A stretch of 64,000 nucleotides of DNA from Planctomycetota bacterium. GTDB lineage: Bacteria; Planctomycetota; UBA8108; SXIK01. The first letter of the stretch is position 1. Every line of letters begins with the position of its first letter. The stretch covers positions 5,696,001 through 5,760,000 of the forward strand of contig OZ244999.1 of NCBI GenBank assembly GCA_965223265.1, written 5' to 3'. The notes under the pieces are model-generated. The model saw only the letters and a program-made list of their open reading frames with translations. It was not told the origin of the DNA and did no database searches. The position numbers and the translations under genes are program-made. Shown here in pieces: positions 1 to 9,970 of the stretch.

Positions 1-78
1 TCTGTCTCCGACTCCGACTCTGTCTCTGTCTCCGACTCCGACTCTGTCTCTGTCTCCGACTCCGACTCCGACTCTGTC
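1..78. repeat. Hexamer low-complexity repeat (CTCCGA/CTCTGT) encoding an acidic (ES/ET)n linker in the DUF3160 protein
   Basis: tctgtctccgactccgactc... reads ...DGTESESESETETESESETETE... on the minus strand. Confidence 0.8.
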
Positions 79-2609
79 CCATCAGAGATCGGATCAAACC
101 AAGGCGCCACAATCCTCTGTGGCAGATACCACGCCAGCGCCGCCCGTCCCCATTCGCTGTCGCCGAAGAGACGGCGCGCGGCCTCAACGGTGAGATCGTC
201 ATCGACCAGCGGCATCGCCAAGGCAACGTCGCGGAGTTCCCCGCTCGCCGCAGCCGTCAAAACACTCTCTCGTTCCTCCGCGCTTGCGTACAGCTCGACG
301 CGGCGCGCAACCCGCCGTAGGTGGTCGCCGCGGGTCAACTGTTGTGCCAGGTCGAGCATCTCCGACACCTCTCCGGAACCGGCGCGCTCGAGATAGAGCT
401 CCAGGTGATAGAAACCGCGCTCCGCCTTCCCGTCGGAAATGAGTTGGCAGAGCCCAGCGAGCGCAGCGGCGCGAATTTCCTCTTTGTCCTTATCTCGCGG
501 CGGATCGACGCGCTCACCGCGCGCCAGTCGCTCGAGTGGCGTGGTGACAACCTCGCGCTGAAAGTCTCGCGTCCACTCCGGCGGCGACGGCGCGTCGGGT
601 CGTGTGAGCAGCTCCCTCCAAGCCGCATCCGTGAGCCGCGGTTCTGTGGCATTTTGCTCAAACTCTCGGTAGTCGTAGATCGCCCCGCGATAAACCTGCA
701 GCTCCTCGCTCGGAGCACTCACCATGCTGAGGTCGCGGTAGCCGGTCGATGGGCGGATGACGAAAAGCTCGCGCGCCGGTCCGCTGCCAACCGAGATGCG
801 AGTGTCCGGCTCTCCCTCGACGCGCACCGTCGCGAACTCGGTCAAAAAGCCCAGCTTGTGCTCATCCCCATAGAGCTCGTCGTGGAACTTGCCCACCGTC
901 TTCCCATAGACCGCGATGAGGCTGGCCTCGGCGACCGACAGGCGGGCGCGCAGGAGATGCTTCCGCGCGATGACTCCAAGCTTTTCAGCCACGTCACCGA
1001 ACTCCCGCAGTGCCGCAGCGACCCGTCCCAGCTCTGCCTCCGGTGTTCGTTCCTGCTCGCCACGCTGCCGCCCACGACCCACTTCTCCTGCTTGCGAATC
1101 AGCAATCGGTTCCAGCTCAGTCGCGGTCCGCTCGCAGAGGATCGACAGCGCGGCAAAAAAATCGGGGTAGGGCGCGACGCAGCCGATGGGTTTGCGTAGC
1201 GAATGTCCGTAGTAAACCACGACGGTGCGTTTCGACTGCAGCTGGAGCGCGTGCTGCAGGCTCGCCCACGCCGCCATCGTGGTCGCCGTCATCTTCGTCC
1301 GCCATGCACGCGTGCGCGCAAACGGCGGTACGTTCACTGCGGGCGGTTCGAAGAGCGTCGCCAGCACTGCAGTCGCATCGCGGCGCATGCTGGGAAGCCC
1401 GGCGTGCACGAGCGGCGCACCGACGCGTCGTGCGGCTTCGGCATTCTCCGCCAACTCAAACGCACAACGGTTGCCAAGCGCGACGCCAATGTGTAGCGGC
1501 TCGATGCGATGTTGCGCGTGGCCCATGCGCGCTAGGAAGACGGCTTCCCACGAACGCCGCGGCGGCGTCAGGCGGACGCCGCGCCCGAGCTCCGCGAACT
1601 GCTCGAACTCTCGACCGTTCAACAGCTGATCGTTCACTTGAGGCGCCGGAAGCTGTCGCAGTGCCGCGACGAACTGAGGCAACCACGTGTCAAGGCGCGT
1701 CGCCGTAAGCGGCAGCGCTTTGCCGCCCTTCGCGGCCGCAGGCAGTGCTGCAACTGCCTGGATCACGCCGATGTCGTCGGGCGGGCCGGCGAGTGCCGTC
1801 GCCACGGCCTCCAACGCGTGAAACCGCTTTTTCATCATCGGTGAACGATCGGCGGCAAGCGCGAGCAACAGCGCGGCGCGGGAGTCCACGTCGATGTTTA
1901 GCGCGAAAAGCTGCGAACCGAACCAGCGACTGGAGCGAAAATGGCGCCGAAGTTCTGGGTCATCTGCGTACGGTCCGGCGGGCCGCAGCGCGCCGTAGTC
2001 GAACTCACGCCCAGCACAGAAAAGTTCCGTCTTCGCTATTCTACCGGCGCGAACGCGCAACAGCTCGCGCCGCGCTGTCGCTACTGCAGCATCAGGTAAG
2101 CGAAGCGATTCGAGGTCGGCGCCGTAAAGAGCAAGACCAACACCGAGAAAAGCCTGAAGACGATGGCGCGCGTCGCTCCAATCGCCATCAACCATCATCG
2201 CGCCAACACCACCGAGCAGATCCCGCACGGCCGGCTCGAGGTCGCGTGCCCGCAGCGTTTCACTGAGAACCACGCCGCGCCGCAGCATCAGCAGATAAGT
2301 GTTGAACGCGCTGTCAGTGGTGATGATCGGCGGCAACGCGCGAGGCAGTCGGTAAGGCGTGTGAAGATGCGGGAACCTCTCCGGACCGATCGCAAAGCCA
2401 ACCGCAGCCAGTTGCTGACGCAAACCATCGTCGTGCGGCACGGCATCAATACCGGCGACCTGCTCGAGATCGTACGGCAAGCCAGGATCCGCGACCGCCG
2501 CCGTTTGGACCGTCACCAGAAAGGCAAAGAAAGTTACCACCAAACCGCCTTGCGGCGAAGAGCAAGCCACAGACTCGCGACGGCCTCTGTGCCAATATAG
2601 CTGCGACAT
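1..2609 (-). CDS. DUF3160-domain protein, runs off the left window edge (absent from the ORF track)
   Basis: ATG at 2609 and the codons at the left edge share one frame, with no stop in the stretches I translated. MSQLYWHRG...FFAFLVTVQTAAVAD is signal-like. DUF3160-type motifs: PPIITTDSAFNTY, FDYGALRPAGPYADDPELRRHFRSSRWFG, PPFARTRAWRTKMTATTMAAWASLQHALQLQSK. Confidence 0.75.
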   Translation of the reverse strand, partial: MSQLYWHRGRRESVACSSPQGGLVVTFFAFLVTVQTAAVADPGLPYDLEQVAGIDAVPHDDGLRQQLAAVGFAIGPERFPHLHTPYRLPRALPPIITTDSAFNTYLLMLRRGVVLSETLRARDLEPAVRDLLGGVGAMMVDGDWSDARHRLQAFLGVGLALYGADLESLRLPDAAVATARRELLRVRAGRIAKTELFCAGREFDYGALRPAGPYADDPELRRHFRSSRWFGSQLFALNIDVDSRAALLLALAADRSPMMKKRFHALEAVATALAGPPDDIGVIQAVAALPAAAKGGKALPLTATRLDTWLPQFVAALRQLPAPQVNDQLLNGREFEQFAELGRGVRLTPPRRSWEAVFLARMGHAQHRIEPLHIGVALGNRCAFELAENAEAARRVGAPLVHAGLPSMRRDATAVLATLFEPPAVNVPPFARTRAWRTKMTATTMAAWASLQHALQLQSKRTVVVYYGHSLRKPIGCVAPYPDFFAALSILCERTATELEPIADSQAGEVGRGRQRGEQERTPEAELGRVAAALREFGDVAEKLGVIARKHLLRARLSVAEASLIAVYGKTVGKFHDELYGDEHKLGFLTEFATVRVEGEPDTRISVGSGPARELFVIRPSTGYRDLSMVSAPSEELQVYRGAIYDYREFEQNATEPRLTDAAWRELLTRPDAPSPPEWTRDFQREVVTTPLERLARGERVDPPRDKDKEEIRAAALAGLCQLISDGKAERGFYHLELYLERAGSGEVSEMLDLAQQLTRGDHLRRVARRVELYASAEERESVLTAAASGELRDVALAMPLVDDDLTVEAARRLFGDSEWGRAALAWYLPQRIVAPWFDPISDGTESESESETETESESETETESESET

Positions 2610-2892
2610 GCTGATATTCTGGCGCCCGCCGGCGCGGTGTCAAACTGGGAGAAGAGAGGTCGGAGCGTTGTGGCAAACAGCTCAGGGATCGTTAGAGGCG
2701 GAGCGCCGTGGGTATGCGAACGGGTGCGCTTGCTTGGCTGTGAAGCTGTAAGTCACAGCCACAACTGCAAGAGAAGGTCGCCCGCAGCGCTCCTTCAAGG
2801 TGGCAGCACCAATGCATTTTTCCCCTTTCCACCTTCGCCCGGTCTCGATAGCATCGCCGGCGTGGATACTACCGAGAAGGAGGCGCAGCGCG

Positions 2893-4266
2893 ATGCCCGA
2901 GAGCGACGATCTACGGAGAGCCCATAGCCATCGACTTCAGAATCGAATTCAGAGTCGGCGCTCGTTTCTGGGTGTCTCGCTCGTCAGCGGTGGGCTTGGC
3001 CTCAGTCTCGCCGATGTATTCCGCCTCCGCGCCGCAGCGGAGGAAAGTCGCGGCGCTTCGGCACCGCAGGATACCGCCGTCATTCAAATCTGGCTTGGCG
3101 GGGGAATCTCGCAGTTCGAGTCATGGGATCCGAAGCCGGACGCACCACGCGGTATTCGCGGTCCCTGGAAGCCGCTCGCGACCAACCTACCGGGTGTTCG
3201 GTTCTGCGAACTCCTACCGCAGCAAGCCCGAATCGCCGACAAGCTCGCGATCATCCGCAGCTGCTATCACACCGACAGCGGTCATGGGCAAGCGACGACA
3301 TTGTGCGTGACCGGCAAGCGCCCCGCGGGACATCCCTCGAACGGATCGATCACCACCAAACTGAAAGGGTCGAACGGATTCGGCGTCCCGGCGTACGTGC
3401 AGCTGAAGGAACCGACGACGGCGAACCCAACGTTCCTCCTCAACTTCAACGCCCACTACCTCGGCGGCGGCTGCGATCCGTTCAACATCGAGGCGGATCC
3501 GGCGGCGCCCAAGTTCCAAGTTCCAAATTTGAAACTCACGTCCGGGTTGACACTCGATCGCTTGGACGCCCGCCACGGGCTGCTCGCGGCATTCGACCGC
3601 TTCAGCCGGTTGACAGAGAGTAGCACAGCCCTTGAGTCGATGGATCACTTCCAGCAGTCGGCGTTTGAACTGCTCACCGCCCCGCGCACCCGCGACGCTT
3701 TCGACCTGACCCGGGAAGACCCCAAGCTGCGCGAACGTTACGGTCTCCATCGCTGGGGACAGAGCGCGCTGCTGGCACGCCGCCTTGTCGAAGCGGGCGT
3801 GACGTTCGTCACCATCAACACCGGGCCAGACTCGATTTACTGGGATATCCATGGCGGTGGCGCCGGAACGGTGACCGACACCATGCAAGACGGCTGCGGA
3901 CGCTTGGACTCGATGGTCTCTACTCTCGTCGAAGACATCCATCAGCGCGGACTCGATCGAAAAGTTCTGCTGCTCGTTTGGGGAGAATTCGGGCGCACAC
4001 CGAAAATCAACGACCGCGTTGGGCGTGACCACTGGCCACAAGTCGCCAGCCTTCTGCTTGCCGGAGGCGGGCTGCGCGTCGGACAGGTCATCGGCTCGTC
4101 AGATGCCATCGGTGGTGTGCCCGCGAGTCGACCGGTGATGCCAGAGGATGTTCTCGCCACCGTTTACCGTCACCTCGGAATTGATCCGCGCACCCACCTC
4201 CACGATCTGGACGGGCGACCGTTCCCAATCCTCGACCGCGGCGAGGTGATCCAGGAACTGCTGTAG
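2893..4266 (+). CDS. DUF1501 domain protein
   Basis: SRRSFL N-terminal motif, IWLGGGISQFESWDPKP, GQSALLARRLVEAGV, WGEFGRTPKIN, GRDHWP; AAGGAGG RBS upstream of ATG 2893. Confidence 0.92.
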   Translation: MPESDDLRRAHSHRLQNRIQSRRSFLGVSLVSGGLGLSLADVFRLRAAAEESRGASAPQDTAVIQIWLGGGISQFESWDPKPDAPRGIRGPWKPLATNLPGVRFCELLPQQARIADKLAIIRSCYHTDSGHGQATTLCVTGKRPAGHPSNGSITTKLKGSNGFGVPAYVQLKEPTTANPTFLLNFNAHYLGGGCDPFNIEADPAAPKFQVPNLKLTSGLTLDRLDARHGLLAAFDRFSRLTESSTALESMDHFQQSAFELLTAPRTRDAFDLTREDPKLRERYGLHRWGQSALLARRLVEAGVTFVTINTGPDSIYWDIHGGGAGTVTDTMQDGCGRLDSMVSTLVEDIHQRGLDRKVLLLVWGEFGRTPKINDRVGRDHWPQVASLLLAGGGLRVGQVIGSSDAIGGVPASRPVMPEDVLATVYRHLGIDPRTHLHDLDGRPFPILDRGEVIQELL

Positions 4267-4384
4267 CAGGGAGCGGCCGATGACCCGAGTGCGTGCGCCA
4301 GGGTCTGGCAAAAGCTCGGACATCCACACACCGACGGCACGTTACGTTGGGGTCAGAGTCAGATGCAGATGCTTAGTGCCGGCA

Positions 4385-4547
4385 CGCACACCTCCGGAAC
4401 GGCACACGTGTGCCTGCTACTTTAGCCGACGCCGACGCCCACGCACTCGCCCACGCACTCGCCCACGCACTCGCCCACGCACTCGCCCACGCACTCGCCC
4501 ACGCACTCGCCCACGCACTCGCACTCACCCACGGCGCTTGAAGCGCA
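4385..4547 (-). repeat. Dispersed intergenic repeat copy with 7x 12-bp tandem CCCACGCACTCG
   Basis: The reverse complement carries GTAGCAGGCACAC..GTGTGCCGTTC and CGCTTCAAG..CCGTGGG, matching the array at 49392-50256; tandem units span 4438-4521. Confidence 0.8.
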
Positions 4548-4706
4548 TTCTCTTGCAACAATGGGGTCAGTGTCGAGACGATCTGTGTCTCGGTCTCTCC
4601 CCCGGACCCACCAACAGCGCCCTCCTCGCGCCACCACGCTTCTGTTATGATGCGGGACTGGTTCAAAAGTCTCGCGTCACAGCGCGCCCCACCCGGGAGA
4701 AAAACT

Positions 4707-5555
4707 ATGAAGCGATCGCTCGTCACTCACACCCTATGCTCACTCCTCACCGTCGCCGCGGTGCTGACCGCCTACCACTTGGCTCACGAGACCGAAGCGC
4801 AGGAACGGCCGGATTGGCACGAGGGGCTGCCGCGACAGTTCAACTCCGTTTGGCTCAAGCACGACGACAACCGCCCGAAGCCGGAAAAAATCACCCCGGG
4901 AGCCACTTCCGGTGCGGCGCCCTCCGATGCCATCGCGCTTTTCGACGGCAGCGATCTGTCCGGCTGGGAGAGCACCCGCAAGGATGGCGGGCCAGCCAAG
5001 TGGAAGGTCGAAAACGGCTACATGGAGGTGAACAACACCGGTAGCATTCGCACGAAGGAACACTTTGGGGACTGCCAGCTGCACCTCGAGTACCGCGCGC
5101 CCACGCCGCCGCGCTTACGATCGCAGGGGCGCGGCAACAGCGGCATCATCCTCATGGGTCGCTACGAAGTCCAGGTGCTCGACAACTACGACAACCCAAC
5201 CTACGCGGACGGTTACATCGGCGCGGTCTATGGCGACTTCCCGCCGCTTGTCAACGCTTGCCGTAAGCCCGGCGAGTGGCAAACGTACGATATCGTCTTT
5301 CGCGCTCCGCGCTTCAAGGACGGCAAGGTCTCGGAACCGGCTCGCGTTACCGTTCTCCTCAACGGCATCGTGGTACAGCACAACACTGAGGTCTACGGCT
5401 CCGTGGCGTGGCGGCGCCTGTCAGCCTACGGTGAACCGCACGGCCCTGGCCCTATCATGCTGCAAGACCACGGCGACCAGCAGGCGCCACGCTTCCGCAA
5501 CATCTGGATCCGCAAGCTCGATCTATCGCCCGAGGCGATCGACGACCGAACATAA
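4707..5555 (+). CDS. DUF1080 (3-keto-disaccharide hydrolase-like) secreted protein
   Basis: Signal peptide; PSDAIALFDGSDLSGW, FGDCQLHLEY, GRGNSG, YEVQVLD, PGEWQTYDIVF, LQDHG, FRNIWIR. Confidence 0.93.
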   Translation: MKRSLVTHTLCSLLTVAAVLTAYHLAHETEAQERPDWHEGLPRQFNSVWLKHDDNRPKPEKITPGATSGAAPSDAIALFDGSDLSGWESTRKDGGPAKWKVENGYMEVNNTGSIRTKEHFGDCQLHLEYRAPTPPRLRSQGRGNSGIILMGRYEVQVLDNYDNPTYADGYIGAVYGDFPPLVNACRKPGEWQTYDIVFRAPRFKDGKVSEPARVTVLLNGIVVQHNTEVYGSVAWRRLSAYGEPHGPGPIMLQDHGDQQAPRFRNIWIRKLDLSPEAIDDRT

Positions 5556-5870
5556 CCTATGCCGTCGATTTCCCCTCCGGTGGGAAGTAGCGAAACTCAG
5601 GCAGCTCGAGGATGCCCGTCGAACGCAGTCATTCTTCGACGATTTGCGATGTCCGGCAACCGGTTCAGGGCCTGCAAGAAACGACGAGACCTCAGGCGAC
5701 TTTTCAGCGTCACTTTTTTGCAGGTCGTGACGGAATCTTTGCAAGCCACACCACAGATGTGCGACATCAGAGACAACACCTCTGACAAACGCTGACGCCC
5801 TGCGAGAAATGGCGAGCGAAACGGTTTTGTGTCGTCACTCTGTTCGGGCGTTCGCGCGGAGAACCTGCCT

Positions 5871-6416
5871 ATGTCCCGTTCGTCTCAAGCCATCGCGTTC
5901 GGCCTCCTCGCAGGAGCCACCGTTGTCGTCACTCTAGCCCTCTGGATTCGCGGTCAACCTGGTCGCGACGCGCTACGAGCCGAGGAACTCGTCAGCGAGT
6001 TTCACGGCGCAGCGTTGGCGGGAGATTCTGGGCGTGCCGAATCCGCTTACGAAGCTCTCAAGGAACTCGGCGCGGCGGCGGTTCCCCCCAGCGTGATTCT
6101 CCTGGGCGATCAGGATGAGCAAACGCGCGAGCTCGCCACGCAGCTGATCCAAGGACTGATCGAGGAGGTTCGTGAACGGGACCCGAGCGCTTCGGTGCCT
6201 CCTGAAGTCACCGAAGCCATCGGACCACTGGTCGCCACGCTCACGGATGCGCACGCCGGCGTCCGCGGTAAAGCGGTTTCGTCGCTGGGCTGGATCGGAC
6301 CTCCGGCCGCAAGCGCCATCCCTGCGATCGAAAAGATGCTCACCGACCCAGATGGAAAAGTGCGAGAGCGAGCGGAACGAGCGCTCCACCGCATTCGTAC
6401 CGGCGCCCTCGAATGA
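5871..6416 (+). CDS. Membrane-anchored HEAT/PBS-lyase repeat protein
   Basis: N-terminal TM segment; repeats LTDAHAGVRGKAVSSLGWIG and LTDPDGKVRERAERAL. Confidence 0.8.
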   Translation: MSRSSQAIAFGLLAGATVVVTLALWIRGQPGRDALRAEELVSEFHGAALAGDSGRAESAYEALKELGAAAVPPSVILLGDQDEQTRELATQLIQGLIEEVRERDPSASVPPEVTEAIGPLVATLTDAHAGVRGKAVSSLGWIGPPAASAIPAIEKMLTDPDGKVRERAERALHRIRTGALE

Positions 6417-6618
6417 AGCGCAGGTTCGATTGTGCTGAGAGAAGCGGCCGGGCCGTGACGAAATCTTGACGCCACGCGAAATTCAGCCGGGCGTTACCGG
6501 AGCGCTGCCGCGGCCTGTGCCATGGCGCCGTCATTTCGTCTTGTCGCACGCGCCGCCATGACGTAAAAGATGGAGCATCGGCGTCGTCTCCATTCGCCCT
6601 CCCTACGCAAGGTGGTCC

Positions 6619-8043
6619 ATGCTCCGGCTTCTCGGTAGTCCCACAAAGACCTGCGACGGAACGAGCCGCCGTGACATCCTCCGAGCCGGAGGCCTGACGC
6701 TCTTCGGTAGCGTCACACTGCCGCGTTTTCTCGAGGCGGCGTCGCTTAGTCCGCAGCGCGGCAAGGGACGCGCCAAGTCGGTGATCTTGCTCAACCTCTT
6801 CGGCGGTCCAAGCCATATCGACATGTTCGACATGAAGCCGGACGCCCCGAGCGAAGTGCGCGGCGAATTCCGGCCGATGCCGACGAATGTTCCCGGATTG
6901 CAGATCTGCGAGCACATGCCGCGCCTGGCGCGCAATATGCACCGCACGACGCTGATCCGCACGTTTTCGCATGGTTACAACAGCCACAACCCCTACGGTG
7001 TCCTCACCGGGTACAACGGCGGCAACGACCGCGAGAACTATTTCTCGAAGCAGACGGATCATCCCAGCATGGGTTCGGTGTGCCAATACGTCGGTATGGG
7101 TCGAGGCGACGTGCCGAGCTACGTCTTTATGCCAGCCTACCCTGGTTACAGTCAGGCGCTACGCCGTGCTGGCCCCTACGGCGGCTACCTCGGTAGCCAG
7201 TACGACCCGGCATTCACTCTCTACGAACCGACCTTCGATCGTGAGTTCGTACAGGAAGATTCCTTCTACGATCCGGTGGCGCCGTACGGCCAACCGGAGT
7301 TACCTTCGCTCGGCGCGCTTCCAAAGCTGACCGTTGATCGATTCGACCGTCGGCGTTCGCTTCTCCAGCAGCTCGACGCTGGCATGCGCGGGCTCAGCGA
7401 ATCGCGCAAGCTGGACCGGTTGGACCATTTCCATCAGCAGGCGCTGACCGTGCTGACGTCGAGCAAGACCCGAGCCGCCTTCAACCTCGATGACGAACCG
7501 GAGTGGATGCGCGAGCTCTACGGCCGTGACCTCTACGGCAACTGTGCGCTGCTCGCGCGGCGTCTGGTCGAAGCGGGCGTCCTGTTCACCGCGATCAACA
7601 CCGAGTCCAAGGGTGCGGGACACTGGGACTCGCACAACAAAAACTTCCACATGCTGGAGACCTACCATCTGCCGATGCTCGACCGCGTCGGCTCAGCGCT
7701 CCTTAGCGACCTCGACGAGCGCGGCCTTCTCGACGACACACTCGTCGTCATCATGGGCGAGATGGGACGGACCCCGCGTGTCAACCGCCGTGCAGGCCGC
7801 GATCATTGGCCGCAGTGCGGCTTTGCGCTGCTCGCCGGCGGCGGCGTCAAGCGCGGCCTCGTCTACGGCAAGAGCGACAAACACGCCGCGTTCCCTGCTG
7901 AAAACCCCGTCTCCGGCGGCGACATCGTGGCGACGATCTACCAGCTTCTCGGCGTCGACCCAACGCTGGCAGTACCCGACTTGCGCGGACGCCCCGTGCA
8001 CATCTCGCACGGCGGGACCCCGGTTTGGGACGTGATCGCCTGA
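6619..8043 (+). CDS. DUF1501 domain protein
   Basis: SRRDILRAG, KSVILLNLFGGPSHIDMFDMKP, LLARRLVEAGV, GEMGRTPRVN, GRDHWP. Confidence 0.93.
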   Translation: MLRLLGSPTKTCDGTSRRDILRAGGLTLFGSVTLPRFLEAASLSPQRGKGRAKSVILLNLFGGPSHIDMFDMKPDAPSEVRGEFRPMPTNVPGLQICEHMPRLARNMHRTTLIRTFSHGYNSHNPYGVLTGYNGGNDRENYFSKQTDHPSMGSVCQYVGMGRGDVPSYVFMPAYPGYSQALRRAGPYGGYLGSQYDPAFTLYEPTFDREFVQEDSFYDPVAPYGQPELPSLGALPKLTVDRFDRRRSLLQQLDAGMRGLSESRKLDRLDHFHQQALTVLTSSKTRAAFNLDDEPEWMRELYGRDLYGNCALLARRLVEAGVLFTAINTESKGAGHWDSHNKNFHMLETYHLPMLDRVGSALLSDLDERGLLDDTLVVIMGEMGRTPRVNRRAGRDHWPQCGFALLAGGGVKRGLVYGKSDKHAAFPAENPVSGGDIVATIYQLLGVDPTLAVPDLRGRPVHISHGGTPVWDVIA

Positions 8044-8089
8044 GCGCGAACCGGCGTCGTCATAGGGGTGGTCGTTTGCGTGGGCGTCT

Positions 8090-8402
8090 CTTCAGTAGGC
8101 ACGCGCCGTGTGCCGTCCGGTCGCCAAGAGCGCAAGCTCGGATCGGAAGTGGAGACGTGCTCGAGCGCCTGGCGCTTCTCTGTCTGATCTTCGTTTGCTT
8201 CTGTTCAAGAGATGAGAAGAAGAATTGAACGAAAGGAAACGAAGTCAACGAAGGGCGACCGTGCAAAGTAGCAGGCACACTCCTGTGTGCCGTCCGGACG
8301 TGCCGTGACCTGCGACGGCACATTTTAAAAACTCACAGCCTCTCCCCGTGGGCGTAGGCGTCGGCGTGAGTGTCGGCCGTTCCCGTTCCCGTTCCCGTTT
8401 GC
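8090..8402 (+). repeat. Composite dispersed repeat (REP/MITE-like) between convergent DUF1501 genes
   Basis: Contains GCACGCGCCGTGTGCCGTCCGG; the module CTCGAGCGCCTG..CTGATCTTCGTTTGCTTCTGTTCAAGA..TTGAACGAAAGGAAAC shared with 40600-40730 and 49175-49300; and AGTAGCAGGCACAC plus AACTC.CAGCCTCTCC shared with the 49474 core. Confidence 0.78.
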
Positions 8403-8458
8403 GTGCGGGCTGTCCGCCTCTGACTCCGCCTCCGCCCGCTTGGCCTAGATCACGCCCC

Positions 8459-9829
8459 TCAAGCCAAAAGCTCGCGCACCACCCGCCCGTGCGGCACGAG
8501 CGGATGCGGCCGGTCAACGGCGTCGTAGATGGAGTCGCGGTGGTCGATGCCAAAGAGATGGTAGATCGTCGCAACGATATCTCCTGGCGTCGTCGGGCTC
8601 TCGATCGGCAGTGCGCCAATGCGATCGCTGGCGCCATACACGAAACCAGACCGAATGCCGCCGCCTGCGAGCAGAATCGTGTAGCACGAGTTCCAGTGGT
8701 CGCGCCCGGCGTTTTTGTTGACGCGCGGCGTGCGGCCGAAGTCGCCGAGTACCGCGACCAAGGTCCTCTCAAGCAGACTGCGTTCTTCCAGGTCGCTGAG
8801 AAGCGTACTGAGTGCAGCGTCGAGCTGCGGCAGGAGCGTCGACTTCAGCTTGACGAAGTTCTTCGTATGTGTGTCCCATGTCGCGTTCGCGTCAGGCGCC
8901 CAGGAAACGTTGACGAGTCGCGTGCCGGCCTCGATCAACCGCCGCGCCAAAAGCACACTCTGACCGTAGATGTTGCGGCCGTAGAGCTCTCGCTTCTTCT
9001 CCGGTTCCTCACTCAGACGAAATGCGCGCTGCGCGGCACCGGACGTTAGTAAATCGAACGCGCGTTGCTGGAACTCATCCATCGATTCGAGTGACGGATC
9101 CCAACGCTCGGTGAGGGCGCCTTCTCGAAGGCGAGACGCATCGCCAAGATGTGCCAGCAACCGACGGCGCGCTCGAATCCGTTCCTCGCTGACCCCGTCG
9201 GCAGCCGTCAGGTTTGGCACGCTGAACTCTGGCGCGTTCGGGTCGTTCAAGATCCAAAACGGATCGTAGTGGCGACCGATGAACCCGGCCAAGAAGCCCG
9301 GCTGCAGCGGACCGCGCGCTCCCTCCTTCGTCTTGAACGGGAGCACAACGTACGGCAGCGCCGCACGTATCGGCGGTTGCAACATGCCGAGCACCGCACC
9401 GGGCGGCGGATAGTCGGTCGGCCGCGCACCACCGCCCAGCTCGCCACGATCGTGACCTGTGAGCGCGGCGTAGACCGCGGCGGCATGAGCATTGTTGACA
9501 CTGTGGTGCATCGATCTGACGACCGTGGTTCGATGCATGTGATGCGCGAGTCGCGGCAGGTGCTCGCACACCGGCACTTCTGGCAGCGACGACGGGATCG
9601 ACCGAAACTCGCCGCGAATCTCGCTCGGCGCATCCGGTTTCATGTCCCACGTGTCGTGGTGGCTGGCCCCGCCGTTGAGGAAGATCGTGATGCAGGCATC
9701 CGCGCGCACATTCACGCCACGGCTACGCGCCGACGAGTCGGCAGCAAGCAATCCGGGGAGAGACAAACCGGCGAGTCCTGTCCCCCCGATGCTGAGAACA
9801 TCACGCCTGGAAAGCTTTGGCCGATTCAT
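8459..9829 (-). CDS. DUF1501 domain protein
   Basis: MNRPKLSRRDVL, IFLNGGASHHDTWDMKP, GQSVLLARRLIEAG, GDFGRTPRVN, GRDHWN. Confidence 0.92.
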   Translation of the reverse strand: MNRPKLSRRDVLSIGGTGLAGLSLPGLLAADSSARSRGVNVRADACITIFLNGGASHHDTWDMKPDAPSEIRGEFRSIPSSLPEVPVCEHLPRLAHHMHRTTVVRSMHHSVNNAHAAAVYAALTGHDRGELGGGARPTDYPPPGAVLGMLQPPIRAALPYVVLPFKTKEGARGPLQPGFLAGFIGRHYDPFWILNDPNAPEFSVPNLTAADGVSEERIRARRRLLAHLGDASRLREGALTERWDPSLESMDEFQQRAFDLLTSGAAQRAFRLSEEPEKKRELYGRNIYGQSVLLARRLIEAGTRLVNVSWAPDANATWDTHTKNFVKLKSTLLPQLDAALSTLLSDLEERSLLERTLVAVLGDFGRTPRVNKNAGRDHWNSCYTILLAGGGIRSGFVYGASDRIGALPIESPTTPGDIVATIYHLFGIDHRDSIYDAVDRPHPLVPHGRVVRELLA

Positions 9830-9970
9830 TCGCACCTCGAAAGGATCCTCACGTTGAACGAGTAGGGGCGAGTGTACGCTGCCCGGAGCCGCACGGCAAT
9901 CGAATCCACCAACCGACGCGCGATCGATGCGGCGCGTCGACAGCCGTCGACGGTACTGCCCCACTCCAAA

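Noticed and set aside
190-2600. Plus-strand ORFs such as 321-1199, 1010-1708 and 1745-2266
   Set aside because: Antisense shadows of the minus-strand DUF3160 gene.
4280-5044. 254-aa ORF with (RPRT)n, and the 4373-4726 ORF with (ASAW)n
   Set aside because: Products of the 12-bp tandem repeat; they overlap the real DUF1080 gene.
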